Source: Pholidichthys leucotaenia
Lineage: Eukaryota
NCBI GenBank assembly: GCA_020510985.1
Contig: CM035846.1
Span: forward strand, 202,907,081-202,971,080
Reading direction: 5' to 3'
DNA: 64,000 nt
Under the pieces are notes generated by a model. That model searched no databases, had not been told where the DNA came from, and saw only the letters and a program-made list of their open reading frames with translations. Made by a program: the position numbers and the translations under genes. Within the stretch, counting starts at the first letter, position 1. The number at the start of each line of letters is the position of its first letter. This document shows positions 17,077 to 29,880 of this stretch, one piece after another.

Positions 17077-17202
17077 AAGTGTGTGTGTGCGTGCATATTT
17101 TTACACACACGTGCAAGCGCGCACGTGTATGTATATATGCATGCATAAATAAATTAAAAAAAATATAATAAAAATGTTGATTATATAATTATCTTTGTCC
17201 AG

Positions 17203-17268
17203 AATGATTTGTCTGTGGATGATGAGGTCTTTGCTGGTGGTGATGCAGTTCATGAGAAATCTTCAAAA
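17203..17268 (+). CDS. Exon NDLSVDDEVFAGGDAVHEKSSK
   Basis: ccag acceptor and AAA|gtaagt donor. 66 nt. Confidence 0.5.
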
Positions 17269-17513
17269 GTAAGTGATAAAGTTTTTCCCTTATGTCCATA
17301 TTCTTGTGTTCTAGTTTCTCTTGGACCACCACTGCCTAAACAACACCCTACTACACAGTAGATAAGATGAGTCCAAGATCTTTAAAAAATACTGACTTTA
17401 CCTGCCATCTCATCTCAGATCATGTAGTCTGTCCATTAATTCTGTACTGTATCAGATGCTTTAGCATCCTGCATTACATCTGTGTTTATGCTTTCTGATT
17501 TGCATCACATCAG

Positions 17514-17588
17514 GATAAGGAAAAGAGAGAACACCCGGGAGAGTCAAATGAGGATCAGTCCACAGCAGAAAAGCCCAAGACCAAACAG
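17514..17588 (+). CDS. Putative exon DKEKREHPGESNEDQSTAEKPKTKQ with non-canonical GC donor
   Basis: cag acceptor. 75 nt, in frame. The donor would be CAG|gctggt (GC-AG intron). No GT donor keeps phase 0. Confidence 0.3.
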
Positions 17589-17761
17589 GCTGGTTGTTTC
17601 ACCAACTTCATAAATAGTTTAGGTCTTTATAGCTTTCTCAAATGAATAAATGGTTGAAAAACAAGGATTAGGTTTTTGTTTTAATAAAATATTTAGACTG
17701 ATGTTCTGATGATCAGTTGTGGGTTCATCCCATTTCTAAAAGTGTGTTTTTCTTATTCCAG

Positions 17762-17809
17762 AATGGTTTCAATGCCGCGATGAAGAGCACGTTCTACACT
17801 AACAAACCG
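17762..17809 (+). CDS. Exon NGFNAAMKSTFYTNKP
   Basis: ccag acceptor and CCG|gtaaga donor. 48 nt. Confidence 0.5.
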
Positions 17810-17957
17810 GTAAGAGGAGTCATGTGCCAGGTTTCTTGTTGCGCAATACTTCCTTTAATGTAGTAGTATAGGCAACTAAACCTTAAAGTTTTCTTTTTTG
17901 TAACATTTCTATTACTATGCCATGTGTTGTTTTATAATGAATACTGACAATCTGCAG

Positions 17958-18011
17958 AAGAGTGAGAATGAAGAGATGGAGAATGGCGACGACAAGCCCA
18001 ACCACAAACAG
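17958..18011 (+). CDS. Exon KSENEEMENGDDKPNHKQ
   Basis: tctgcag acceptor and CAG|gtttgt donor. 54 nt. Confidence 0.5.
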
Positions 18012-18095
18012 GTTTGTGCAATGTTTTGGTTGTAGTCACTGGAGTCTCTTTTGTTATTTGTATTTAATTTCTTTTCTCTTTTGTCTTATGTTCAG

Positions 18096-18149
18096 GGTAA
18101 ATTGTCTGGGATGATGACAAAGCTGAATCCATTTCGATCTGCAAACAAA
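18096..18149 (+). CDS. Exon GKLSGMMTKLNPFRSANK (NPF motif)
   Basis: ttcag acceptor and AAA|gtgaga donor. 54 nt. Confidence 0.55.
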
Positions 18150-18284
18150 GTGAGAATCATTGTTCAGTTTTGTGTTTCTCTGTTGGTAACATTTTCTTTG
18201 AAACATTTTCAAAGACATTTCAAGGACTGCAACCACCTGCATCTGTTTCTTTTCTCAACATGATGCTTTCTGCGTCCTGTTCAG

Positions 18285-18353
18285 CAGGAGAAGCATTCAG
18301 ATTCTGATGAGGAATCAGCGGTGAGCAGTGAGAAGTCGTCGGGCAACAAACAG
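18285..18353 (+). CDS. Exon QEKHSDSDEESAVSSEKSSGNKQ
   Basis: ttcag acceptor and CAG|gtgctg donor. 69 nt. Confidence 0.5.
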
Positions 18354-19559
18354 GTGCTGTGATATTTGCTTGTTCCCGTTTCATTGTTGTTTTTTTTTTG
18401 CTTTGACAATTAATATTTTATTCATATCCTAAAATGTAAATGGAGGCCTTTATATTTTAAAAATTATGTTCAGTAGGAAGCTTGCTGCTTCCCATTTATA
18501 CAATCTGAGCTCAAGACTTCTGTTCCACCACTTCTGAATTTATGAATGGTAGGCATTTTGAAGTGCTTTGTCTTTTGGTAATAAAAAAAAAAGGGAGGAA
18601 AGTTGTGAGAAGTTGGTTTATATTTTTAGTGAGGAATATGAGCAGCAGACGAGGCTTTACTTGTCTTAGCAGGTTTGGTCAAGAACATCCTGGTTCGTCT
18701 TCCAAATAAATTAAATTGAAAAACTTAAGGTTTCATTCACTGAAAAATTGTCTTTTTGTAGGCTTTAACCATCTGAAATGTGTCTATCCACATTATTCCT
18801 AGCCCCCATGATGCCTGGCGTGAATTCTGGACGCAACTTCCAGTACTAGTTTAGAAAGTGGGGTTGTCACAGAAACAGGAGACTTTTCCTTGTTAAAAAA
18901 CAATGACTTCGGCGTCAAAAACGTGGGCACATCGCCTTTTGCACCTTAGAAACGGTAACATAATCATACCACTTCCTACTGTGGAGGGATGAGAAGATGA
19001 CCTTAAAAAGTGGCCTGGCAGACTGCAGCTCTGTTAGTTAGCTCTGCTGCTAAAATGCTAATGCTTTAAACAAATGAAAGCTCTAAGATATATCAATGTT
19101 TCCACCACAGTAAAGTCGGTTGCGTTTTGTTAAAAATATCTTGGACATAATCAGATGTACCTTACAGCAGATGAAGAATCTAGTCAGAGCCACAAAGAAC
19201 CACAACACTGTGCTTGGCTGTCTGTTTACCCTGACATTATCATGCTCATGCTGCCGTCATGCCCTGAAGGCTTGTTATTTAATTTAACATGTACAGACAT
19301 TTTCTGACAATTGTTCAAAATTTTATTGATCTATATTTTGTGATAATTTAAAAATCAATGCATGCTGAAGCTGCTAATATTAAGTCCATATCATTCCAGT
19401 GCAACAAATGCAAAAAAAAAAAAAAACACCATTTGATGTCCTTCTTAAATTGTTAAGCCTTAGGAAGTAAACTGTTACTTTTTAAAAATTATTTTACTTC
19501 ATGCAGCCTTGCATCTGGTGACGTATAGAAACGTCAGATCTGTGATGTTCATACGAGTG

Positions 19560-22500
19560 AAAACATACCTGGTGCTGTTGTGTGTGTACCACCGATCACA
19601 CCAACAGTCCAGCAAGAAGTTGCTTGACAAAAATGTGTGGCCATCTGGTTTATACCTTCAACAGTTTTTTGAGAGGAAATGATCTACATGTGATTGTCAT
19701 TATTGTGTTTGTCATTATACTCATTCAATAGTAGGACCAACCTTAGAATATGTTCATTCAACTGCCAGAATGTAAAAACTTCATCTAACGAGATCTCCAG
19801 GTTATGTGATAACCATGACATTGTGTTGTTGCAGGAACACTAGTTGTTCGAAAACGAATTGTCTATTCTGAGCAGATTACATGGTGACTTTATAGGACAA
19901 GGGGTTTCTTTTATGGATACGGAAGAACGTGTTATCTTAGGTCGCCCCTATGGCGGCGTCGGTATCCTATGGCGGAAGTCACTTGCGAACAGTTGTGTTG
20001 TGAAAACTTACGATTGCTTAAGAGTTACAGGTATTGAAGTCAACCTGGGTGACTTTCACTGTCCTATATTATGTGTATATTTCCCCTATGACAGTGTTGA
20101 AAACTTGGATGAATACTTGCACTGCCTGAGTCTTGTTAAACGTATCACCGAGGACTTTCCAACTCCATATGTGTTCACAATTGGTGACTTCAACGCTAAT
20201 ACAGCACGTTCAAGTTGTTTTGGAGACGAACTGGTGCCTTTCTGTGAGAGTTACTCCTTACACATCTCGGACAGGATTATCTTACCAGGTGATACCTTTA
20301 CTCATGTTAGCTTGGCTCATGGCTCTACATCATGGCTTGATCACTGTGTGACTACATCCTCAGGCCATGACAACGTGTCCAATATCAAAGTTCTGTTTGA
20401 CTATGTGAGTTCTGATCATGTACCTTTATCTATAGATATTGAGGTATCTAATGCTGTAAGTGGCCCCCGGGAAGCTCCCTCAGCCACAACGGGCAGTAGA
20501 ACATACAAATGGCGTGATGCCACAGCGTCAGACCTGTCCATATATAAGAAACTTACTCGTAGGAAACTCTGTAACATCCGTGCTCCTATGGACGCCATCA
20601 GGTGTCACGACCGTAATTGTGCGGCACACAGGGACGATATCGACAGGTTCTACAGTGATATTGTTGATGCTTTAAATTACTGTGTGAGTGAATGCATTCC
20701 TAGTCACAGTGTGACCACCCAATATAACGTCCCAGGCTGGAATGATGTCGTTAGCGAGGCTCACACAGCTGCTCGGGATGCTTTTTTGTGGTGGAGGAGT
20801 AATGGCAAACCACGTTCTGGTCCAATATTTGAAAACATGAAAAATTGCAGGGCTAGGTTCAAATATGCTTTACGAGCATGCAGGCGCAATGAAGAAAGTA
20901 TCAAATGTGACCAGCTAGCTAATCACATGAGTGAACTGAACATGGTAGAATTCTGGAAACAAATGAAGGCTATGAGCTCCCACCGGTCTGTCAGATCAAA
21001 CACTATTGATGGTGTGACTGGTGACGTTAATATTGCTGAAAAGTGGAAATGTCAATATGAAGCTATTTTCAACTCAGTCAAGAATGTTTCAATGAAGGAT
21101 TCTGTTATGCATGATATTCGTCTGTATAACGACATGTTTGATGCCTCTGATATTTCTGCTGTTACTCCTGTTGAAGTTGATTCACTGATCAAAGTTCTCA
21201 AGAAAGGCAAATCAGCTGGCCCTGACTGTCTCACCAGTGAATGCCTCATCAACGCTGATTTCAATTTGTGTATTCTGTTGTCATTGTGTTTTAACTGTAT
21301 GTTTGTTCATGGTTACATGCCAGATATGTTGATGGACTCTGTTATTATTCCTTTAGTGAAAAACAAGTGTGCCAGTCTTTCTGATATGAACAACTACAGA
21401 CCTATAGCTATTGCAAATATTATATCTAAACTGTTAGAGGGTTTATTCCTGAACAGAATTGAGGATTATCTGTGGACAAACGACAATCAGTTTGATTTCA
21501 AATCAGCTCTTTCAACTGACAAGGCTGTTTACCTACTCCATGAATTTGTTGACTACTTCAGAAGCCATTCCACTAGTGTCTATGCTACGTTCCTAGATGC
21601 TAGCAAAGCTTTTGACAGGATTAACCACTGGTGTTTGTTCAGAAAACTGATCAATCGAGGTATTCCTATTTACATTGTTAGCATCCTGCTATACTGGTAC
21701 AGAAGGCAGTCTATGGTTGTTAGATGGGGCAATGTCACCTCATCCAAATTTCATGTGACCAACGGTGTTAAACAAGGTGGTATACTGTCACCCTTGTTGT
21801 TTAATGTTTATGTTGATGATCTCAGTGTACTGTTGAACAATACTAATGTGGGCGGCTCCTTTAACGGTGCACTGTTAAATCACATTTTCTACGCTGATGA
21901 CCTCTGTTTAAGTTTGTCTACTGCAGCGATGCAACATCTCCTTTCGGTATGTGAAAAATTTGGTGAAAAAAATGACATCCTGTTCAACTGTACTAAATCT
22001 ATGTGTATGGCTTTCAAACCAAAGGGTGTCAATACATCGAATCCTGTTATGCCACTCTGTGGTAATAGCTTGAACTTTGTTGAAAAAGTCAAATACCTAG
22101 GTGTGTGGATTGAATCTGATAAGACCAATGTTGATTGTAACAGGCATCTCAGGAAACTGTACGCTCAAACAAATTTACTGTTGCGAAATTTCCATAGATG
22201 TTCTCCTGATGTCAAATGTATGTTGTTCAAGACCTTCTGTACCTCAATGTACTGCTCGCCTTTATGGTTTAATAGCAATGTTGCTGTTAGGAACAAAATC
22301 CGCATTGCATATAATAACTCCCTAAGAAGGTTGTTAAATGTACCACGGAGGTCGAGTGCAAGCAAGATGTTTGTGTCTGTGAACATTCCGTCTTTTGGCG
22401 AATTGATACGTAAGAATGTTTACAGTTTTTTGAGAAGGTTGCTGGCATGTAACAATCATCTTATATCAGCAATTGTCAACTCGTCACTCACACTTCATTC

Positions 22501-22710
22501 CAGCATTTGGAAGTGGTGGCGTTCCATTTTATACTGAGCCCATTATTGTATGTTATTGTTGTTACAAGAGCGCCGAGTGTCTGCTGATCTGTATATACTT
22601 TTATTTATTTAATTTTTTTTTTTTTTTTTTATTTATCTATTTTCTACTCGTTTTAGTTTTGCTCATAATATGAACTCTGAGTTTGAAATAAACGTTTGAA
22701 TTTGAATTTA
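19560..22710 (+). mobile_element. Non-LTR retrotransposon (LINE) with 897-aa ORF2-like pseudogene carrying AP-endonuclease (APE) and reverse-transcriptase (RT) domains
   Basis: ORF 19844-22537 carries APE motifs (IGDFNANTA...SDHVPL) and RT motifs (FLDASKAFDRINH, FYADDLCL). Tail has (TTGAAT)-like repeats near 22690. The 5' boundary is uncertain. Confidence 0.75.
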
Positions 22711-23422
22711 GTTTTCAGGGCATGATCTATGCATTGCTGTTGAAGCCACAGATTTAGCTGAGATTTAGGAGTCTCACACCATGAACAGCAACAAATACCA
22801 AAACTATGCAAAAACATTCAAAAATACAAAAACTACAAGTGCTGAAATTAGCTGCCACTTGACTGCAAAACAGGCATGTGAACAATACATTAGAACACTT
22901 TTAAAAGCTATTTTAATGCCTCACTACTCCACTCTTGCTGACTGATTTAACACTACTTCAGCCGAAACCAGAAGTTGCCCCCATAATCGTTTCTACAGCA
23001 GTGCCCTCAGGAATAAGGTGGATTGGTCACATGATTATTGGAAAAACATCAAAATGGTCACTTCTCTTAAAATAACAGTCTTAATATCTTTTCTGTCTCT
23101 GATGAGCTGTTTTAAATCTTCCGGATTTGTGCCTGTACATCAAGACAAGGTAACCCCATACCCACCCACTGCTCTATTATTGGCCAGCCCCAGCTGTCCA
23201 TCTGCAAAGTTATAGATGAGCAGGGACCCCAGCCAATGCGTTCACTTCAGAGCTAATCATGTTACTAGGGAGTTATCTTACAAGCACAGTTTATATTGTT
23301 GTTTTCTTTAGATTTCAGTCATCCTAATGAACATCTGTTTCTATCTGGTCCACTAATCAGAGTCGATAATATCTTGTATCATTCTGTCTTATTTTGTTAT
23401 ATTTTGACCATGATGCTACAGG

Positions 23423-24957
23423 TGCATCTCACTAAATTAGAATATCATCAAAAAGTTGATTTATTTCAGTAATTCAATTCCTAAAATGAAACTCATATTT
23501 TATATAGATTCATTAGAGACAGAGTGATATATTTCAAGTGTTTATTTCTTTTAATTTTGATGGTTATGGCTTGCAGCTCATGAAAACCCAAAAATCAGTT
23601 TCTCAAAAAATTAGATTATTACATAAGATCAATTTTAAAAATTTATTATTATTTTTTTTTAATAGAAATGTTGGCCAACTAAAAGTATTTCCATGCACAC
23701 ACTCAATACTTAGTCAGGGCTCCTTTTGCATGAATTAATACTGCATCACTGTGGCATGGCATGAAGGTGATCAGCCTGTGTTACTGCTGAGGTGTTATGA
23801 AGCTCCAGGTTGCTTTGATAGTGGCCTTCAGCTCATCTGCATTGTTGGGTCTGGTGTCTCTCATCTCCCTGTTGACGATACTTCATAGATTCTGTATGGG
23901 CTTTAGGTCAGGAGAGTTTGCTGGCCAGTAAAATATGATAATATTATGGTCATTAAACCAGGATTTGGTAGTTTTGGCAGCAGTGTGGGCAGGTGCCAAG
24001 TCCTGCTGGAAAATGAAATCAGCATCTCCATAAACCTTGTCAGCAGAGGGAAGCATGAAGTGCTCTAAAATGTCCCGGTAGACAGCTGCATTGACTTTGG
24101 ACTTGATAAAACACAGTGGACTAACACCAGCAGATGACATGGCTCCCCAAATCAGGTGCCAAGTCCTGTCACTTGAAAATCAAGGTCCCAGAGTCTGGAG
24201 GAAGAGTGACCAGGCACAGAATCCAAGTTGCTTGAGGTCCAGTGTGACGTTTCCACAGTCAATGATGATATGTGGAGCCATGCCGTCTGCTGGTGTTTTT
24301 CCACTGTGTTTCATCAAGTCCAATGTCAGTGCAGCCATCTAACAGGGCATTTTAGAGCACTTCATGCTTCCCTCTGCTGACAAGCTTTATGGAGTTGCTG
24401 ATTTCATTTTCCAGCAGGACTTGGTACCTGCCCACACTGCCAAAAGTACAAATACCTGGTTTAATGACCATGGTATCACTGTACTTGATTAGCCAGCAAA
24501 CTCTCCTGACCTAAATCCCATAGAGCATCTATGGTGTATTGTCAAGAGGAAGATGAAATACACCAGAGCCAATAATGCAGATGAGCTGAAGGCCACTATC
24601 AAAGCAACCTGATCTTTCATAACACCTCAGCAGTAACGCAGGCTGATTGCCTCCATGCCATACTGCACTGATGCAGTAATTATGCAAAAGAAGCCCCGAC
24701 CAAATATTGAATGTGTACATGGACATACTTTTCAATTGGCCAACATTTTTATTAATTTTTTTTAAAATTAATTTTATATAATATTCAAATTTTTTGAGAA
24801 ACTGAATGTGGGGTTTTGATTTGCTGCAAGCCATAACTATCAAAATTAAAAGAAATAAACACTTGAAATATATCACTCTGTGTGTAATGAAGCTATATAA
24901 TATTTGAGTTTCACTTTTTTAATTGAATTATTGAAATAAACTTTTCGATGACATTCT
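23423..24957. mobile_element. Tc1/mariner family F element, rearranged foldback: two 3' halves in head-to-head orientation
   Basis: Matching inverted ~150-bp termini (GTGCATCTCACTAAATTAGAATATCATC). The transposase C-terminus (FQQDLAPAHTA...SPDLNPIE) is present on both strands. 23757-23860 is the reverse complement of 24555-24660. Confidence 0.65.
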
Positions 24958-25425
24958 AATTTACTGAGATGCACATATTGAATTGTTGGTATTAGCTTGG
25001 CTGGGTGGTTGGACTCAAGTCAGTATAACTGCATCACAGCTCGCCTCAGAGTCCACCTGGCATGAGCTTAACTGTTGATCCAGCCAGTTCTGAGTGTTAT
25101 TTTCTACAAGTGCTATCCACCCTAACTGGAATCATTGTTCATCTGCCAACCCTTGAACATATATGTTGCTCTTACATGTTATTTTTAGTAGTAGCTAGTA
25201 GCAGTTGGCTGTCTTGGACAACCATTCACGAATGACTCTGTGCTTGGTGTAATCCAGGGACCAGTCATATCCAATCAACCACTGAAACCACACACCCCTG
25301 TCCACCAGTGATGCTTTATTTCATTCATTTCTTTAGAAAAACTTGCATTACTTGGCTCCGGCTTGCTATCTGAGCTAGGACCTAGCCAGCTAAGATTAGT
25401 GCTGTAACAGGGAGCGTGGAGCTAG

Positions 25426-27190
25426 GTGCATGGCAAAGAGAAAGGCATATAGTGAGTTGTATGAGAGGCTGGACGCTAAGGAAGGAGAAAAGGACTTGTA
25501 TCGACTGGTTAGACAGAGAGATCAAGCTGGAAAGGATGTGCAACCAATTAGGTTGATTAAGGGCAGAAATGGTAATGTACCAAGAAGTGAGGAGAGTGTT
25601 GAGAAGGTAGAAGGAGTACTTTGAGGAGCTATTGAACGAAGAAAATGAGAGAGAGAGGAGGATGGATGAAGGAAAGATGATGAACAAGGAAGTCCCGAGG
25701 ATTAGCAAGGCAGAAGTGAGGGCAGCTTTGAAGAGGATGAAGAATGGAAAGGCGGTTGGTCCAGATGACATACCTGCAGAGGTATGGAGATGGTTAGGAG
25801 AGATGGCAGTGAACTTTTTAATCAGATTGTTTAACACAATTTTGGAGAGTGAGAGGATGCCTCAGGAGTGGAGAAGAAGGGTTTTGGTACCAATTTTCAA
25901 GAACAAAGGTGATGCTCAGAGCTGTAGTAACTACAGAGGCATAAAGTTGATCAGCCACACGATGAAGATATGGGAAAGAGTTGTTTAAGCCAGGCTAAGA
26001 GGAGAGGTGACAATCAGTTAGCAGCAGTACAATTTCATGCCAAGAAAGAGTACTGCAGATGCAATGTTTGCTCTAAGAGTGTTGATGGAGAAGTATAGAA
26101 AAGGTCAGAAGGAGTTACACTGTGTCTTTGTGGATCTGGAGAAAGCATTTGATAGGGTGCCAAGAGAGGAAGTGTCATGCTGTATGAGCAAGTCCGGAGT
26201 GGCAGAGAAGTACAGTATGTGAGGGTGGTGCAGAACATGTATGAGGACAGTGAGATGGTGGTGAGGTGTGCTGTAGGAGTGACTGATGGATTCAAGGTGG
26301 GGGTGAGATTACATCAGGGATCAGCTCTGAGCCCCTTCTTGCTTGCCATGGTGATGGACAGGCTGACAGTTTAGGTCAGGCAGGAGTCTCCGTGGACCAT
26401 GATGTTTGCAGACGACATTGTGATCTGTATTGAGAGTCGGGAGCAGGTGGAAGAGAACATGGAGAGGTGGAGGTGTGCTCTGGAGAGAAGAGGAATGAAA
26501 GTCAGTAGAAGTAAGACAGAATACATGAGTGTGAATGAGAAGGAGGCAGGTGTAACAGTGAAGATGCAAGGAGTAGAGGTAGTGAAAGTAGATGAGTTTA
26601 AATACCTGGGGTCAACCATCCAAAGCAATGGAAAATACACAAGAAAGGTGAAGAAGAGCGCAGGCAGGGTGGAGTGGGTGGAGATGAGTGTTGGGGGTGA
26701 TTTGTGACAGAAGGATAGCAAGAGTGACAGGTAACATTTTCAAGACTGTAGTGAGACCTGCTATGATGTATGGTTTGGAGACGGTGGCACTGACAAAAAG
26801 ACAGGAGGTGGCAGAGTTTAAGATGCTAAGATTCTCATTGGGATTGAGTAGGAGGGCCAGGATTAGAAATGAGTTTATCAGAGGGACAGCTCCGGTTGAG
26901 CAATTTGGAGACAAAGTAAGAGAGGCAGGGCTGAGATGGTTTGGGCATGTGCAGAGGAGGGATAGTGGATATATTGGGCAAAGGATGTTGAAGATGGAGC
27001 TATCAGGCAGGAGGAAAAGAGGAAAACCAAAGAGAAGATTTATGGATGTGGTGAAGGAGGACATGGAGAGGGTTGATGTTACAGAGGAAGATGCAAGGGG
27101 GATAGGGTGAGAAGGAGGCAGATGATCTGCTGTGGCGACCCCTAAAGGGATCAGCCGATAGAAGAAGTAGTAGTTAAACTGTTAAACTAA
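25426..27190 (+). mobile_element. RTE-like LINE (Rex3-like) RT region, frameshifted
   Basis: ORFs encode RT motifs (VFVDLEKAFDRVPRE, MMFADDIVIC). Typical C-terminal block KMLRFSLG...RIRNEFIRGTA...FGHVQRRDS. Tail CGACCCCTAAAGGGA. Confidence 0.75.
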
Positions 27191-27724
27191 TTAAACTGAT
27201 TAAACGTTTTTATTTTAAAGCTGAAAGATTGTAAATTTTGAAAATAAACCAATTGCAATGAGGGATGAATAATTTTGAGTGAAGCTGTATATCATTATCT
27301 CATTCTGGTGAAAGAGAAATTGGCTAATGCCATGACACTGTTTGTTCATTCATCTGTGTCCATCTGTCCACAATTCACAAGAATCTCAACTCTTCGCAGG
27401 CAGTTGCCTGGATGCTTACCAATCTCACACACAGTAGCCCTCAGGTGGGTCTGCATCCAGGTTATCCAAGGTCAAAAGTCACAAGACATGAGATAACAGC
27501 TTTTATCTGATTCTTCAAGTGGTCATGTAAACAGAATAATCAGATAACTCCAGAAATCCAACTCTAATTGGTTTATTTGTGTGCCTGTCATCATGGCCAT
27601 TGGTGGTCTGGTTGCAGACTACAAGCATGCAGCTCATTTAGCTTCTGAATCCAGCGTTTTAAAGACAAGATTAAATATGAATTATTCACAGTTGCAGTTT
27701 TTGATGAAGTGTTTTTCCCCTCAG

Positions 27725-27778
27725 AATTTCATGGCTGAAACCCTATCCAAACTGAATCCGTTCCACTCTGCAGAAAAA
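27725..27778 (+). CDS. Exon NFMAETLSKLNPFHSAEK (NPF motif)
   Basis: cctcag acceptor and AAA|gtaact donor. 54 nt. Paralogous to exon 18096-18149. Confidence 0.55.
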
Positions 27779-28340
27779 GTAACTTGTTATTGAACATATT
27801 TGGTGACGTGTTGGTGGGAGTGGGGTAAATGCAGTACTGTCCAAAATCATGCTCATGGGCTATAATGGGGTGGTGATGGTGGTATGGCTTCTGTTTCTCT
27901 TCTTCAGCAGCAATGAGGTACCACACAGAATAACTGATTTGTATTAACCCATAAGAACCCCGACCCCTTTCTCCTTCAAGGAAAATTATGGGGGTCTGGG
28001 TTCTTGTAGGTTAAATGCAAAACCAGACTTGATATTATGTGGCTAAGATTTTGGGATTCGCTTCTACTGTACTAAAATCACTGGTTTCCATTTATTTCAG
28101 TAAAACACAAAAATCCATTGCAAAATTTGTCTCCGATTTGATGACAAAACTGTTTAGCTTTTGTCTGATGCAACTCAAGCAGGTAGCATTGGTGTGTCAT
28201 TTTCTCATTCGGCTGTACAGATTTGGTAGAAATTAGTCAGTGGCAGAAAATCCAAAAATAAAGAAACACCGGTGGGCCTTAATTTGGTCAAAATGGTTTA
28301 AAGCTAGTCTAATATGCATCTTTTTTTTTTTTTTCTTCAG

Positions 28341-28406
28341 AAAGACACCGAACACACAGAGACACAAAAGGAGAATGAGACACAAGTGGAGGAGAAGCCA
28401 GAACTG
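28341..28406 (+). CDS. Exon KDTEHTETQKENETQVEEKPEL
   Basis: Pyrimidine tract, then cttcag acceptor. CTG|gtcagt donor. 66 nt. Confidence 0.5.
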
Positions 28407-28613
28407 GTCAGTCTGTTCACTGCATCACTCATGACTCATCACTGATCACACATTCAGAGCTGATCAACTTCTGATAAAAATATCCTCTCGTCAAGCTCCG
28501 CACTGCCACCACATCCTCTTCACCTCCTGCCGGCTCCTTGTCAGACCTCCCTCTTCTCCTCTTCCCCCGATACTCTGAGTGACTGTGTGTGTTTGTGTGT
28601 GTGTCCTTGTCAG

Positions 28614-28691
28614 GTCAAAAGTAATGTGAGCCACCATGGAAAGAAGGAAAGAAGTGAAACTCCAGTTGTCCCGCCCAGACCAAGAGCAGAG
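28614..28691 (+). CDS. Exon VKSNVSHHGKKERSETPVVPPRPRAE (PxxPxR)
   Basis: tgtcag acceptor and GAG|gtacgc donor. 78 nt. Confidence 0.5.
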
Positions 28692-28777
28692 GTACGCATG
28701 CAGTCAATCCCAGCTGAGGTTCAGAGACGTGTAGTCTCTGTGACGATACTGATTTCTGTTCTGACTTTGGCTTTCAG

Positions 28778-28837
28778 GAGATGAGGGGGATGTCGACATA
28801 TGACAAAGTAAAGCCAAGAAGTGCTGAAAATAATAAG
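28778..28837 (+). CDS. Exon EMRGMSTYDKVKPRSAENNK
   Basis: tttcag acceptor and AAG|gtactg donor. 60 nt. Confidence 0.5.
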
Positions 28838-28986
28838 GTACTGTTTGTATTTTTTTTTATCCAAATTAATATAGTTGTTTGAATATAAACAACATCAAAA
28901 TTGTTATAGAAGGATATAGTTTGGGTGTTTAATATGTTATGTAAAGCATTTGTTTGGATCAAGTATCTTGATCATGATCTCTACAG

Positions 28987-29064
28987 GATAATACGGACAT
29001 GACCTCCAGAGAAAGAAAAGGAAAACCTACAGAACCCCCTGTGGTTCCACCCAAACCTTCAAAG
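28987..29064 (+). CDS. Exon DNTDMTSRERKGKPTEPPVVPPKPSK (PxxPxK)
   Basis: ctacag acceptor and AAG|gtcaga donor. 78 nt. Paralogous to exon 28614-28691. Confidence 0.5.
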
Positions 29065-29173
29065 GTCAGACTTTTGTGTTTGGGGAACAATGTTTAGATT
29101 AGATTGGAGCCAGGGTGTATTAATGTTGTACTTTAAACAGGAGGATTCTGAACAAAAAGTCATTTCATTTCAG

Positions 29174-29224
29174 GAGCTGAACAGACCAGGAAAACATGAT
29201 CAGCAAAAGCAGAACAACCAACAG
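29174..29224 (+). CDS. Exon ELNRPGKHDQQKQNNQQ
   Basis: tttcag acceptor and CAG|gtattt donor. 51 nt. Confidence 0.45.
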
Positions 29225-29880
29225 GTATTTCCATGTGTTTAATGATATTTTAATTGGTAACGCTTGTTGATTATTCACTAATAATGAGATTTCTTAATCA
29301 CTGCAGTGACAAAATAGAAGACAGTCAGAGAGCACATACTTCCACCAAGGGCTGTCTGTTTTTGAGCAGGATTATGTAAAGTACTGGATTGATTTTGATG
29401 AAATTTTCAACAAAGGTGCCCATTGGGATACAGATGAAGCATTAGATTTTGGAGGTGATCTGGGTCAGGATGCAGATTCTGGATCATTTTTTCACTTTCT
29501 TTAAACATTGTCAGAAAGGGCCTTGGTTGGAGGTATGTGGTCTCAGATCACCTCCAAAATCTAATGGGATCATCTGTAGCTCAAGGGCCACCTCCGGTAA
29601 TGATTTTATCAAAATCTGTCCAGTAGTATTTTGTGTAACCCTGCTGACAGACAAAACCGCACCAATCACGTTACCTTTCTGGCAGAGGTAAAAAAAAATA
29701 AAAAAAAAAATTCATCCCCTAATACATCTGGATCAGTTGCAATTTGCCATAAAATTTAATATAATTTATTTCTAATACTTCATACCAGCCACGTTAACCC
29801 TTTCCCCACCACAGCATTATGTTTTTGGTTTTCCAGTCAGCAGCAGCATTTTTCAACAAATGTCTGGGGGATATACACTA

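Noticed and set aside
19844-22537. 897-aa ORF, the longest in the window
   Set aside because: Contains AP-endonuclease and reverse-transcriptase motifs and a LINE-like 3' tail. It is a retrotransposon ORF2, not a host gene.
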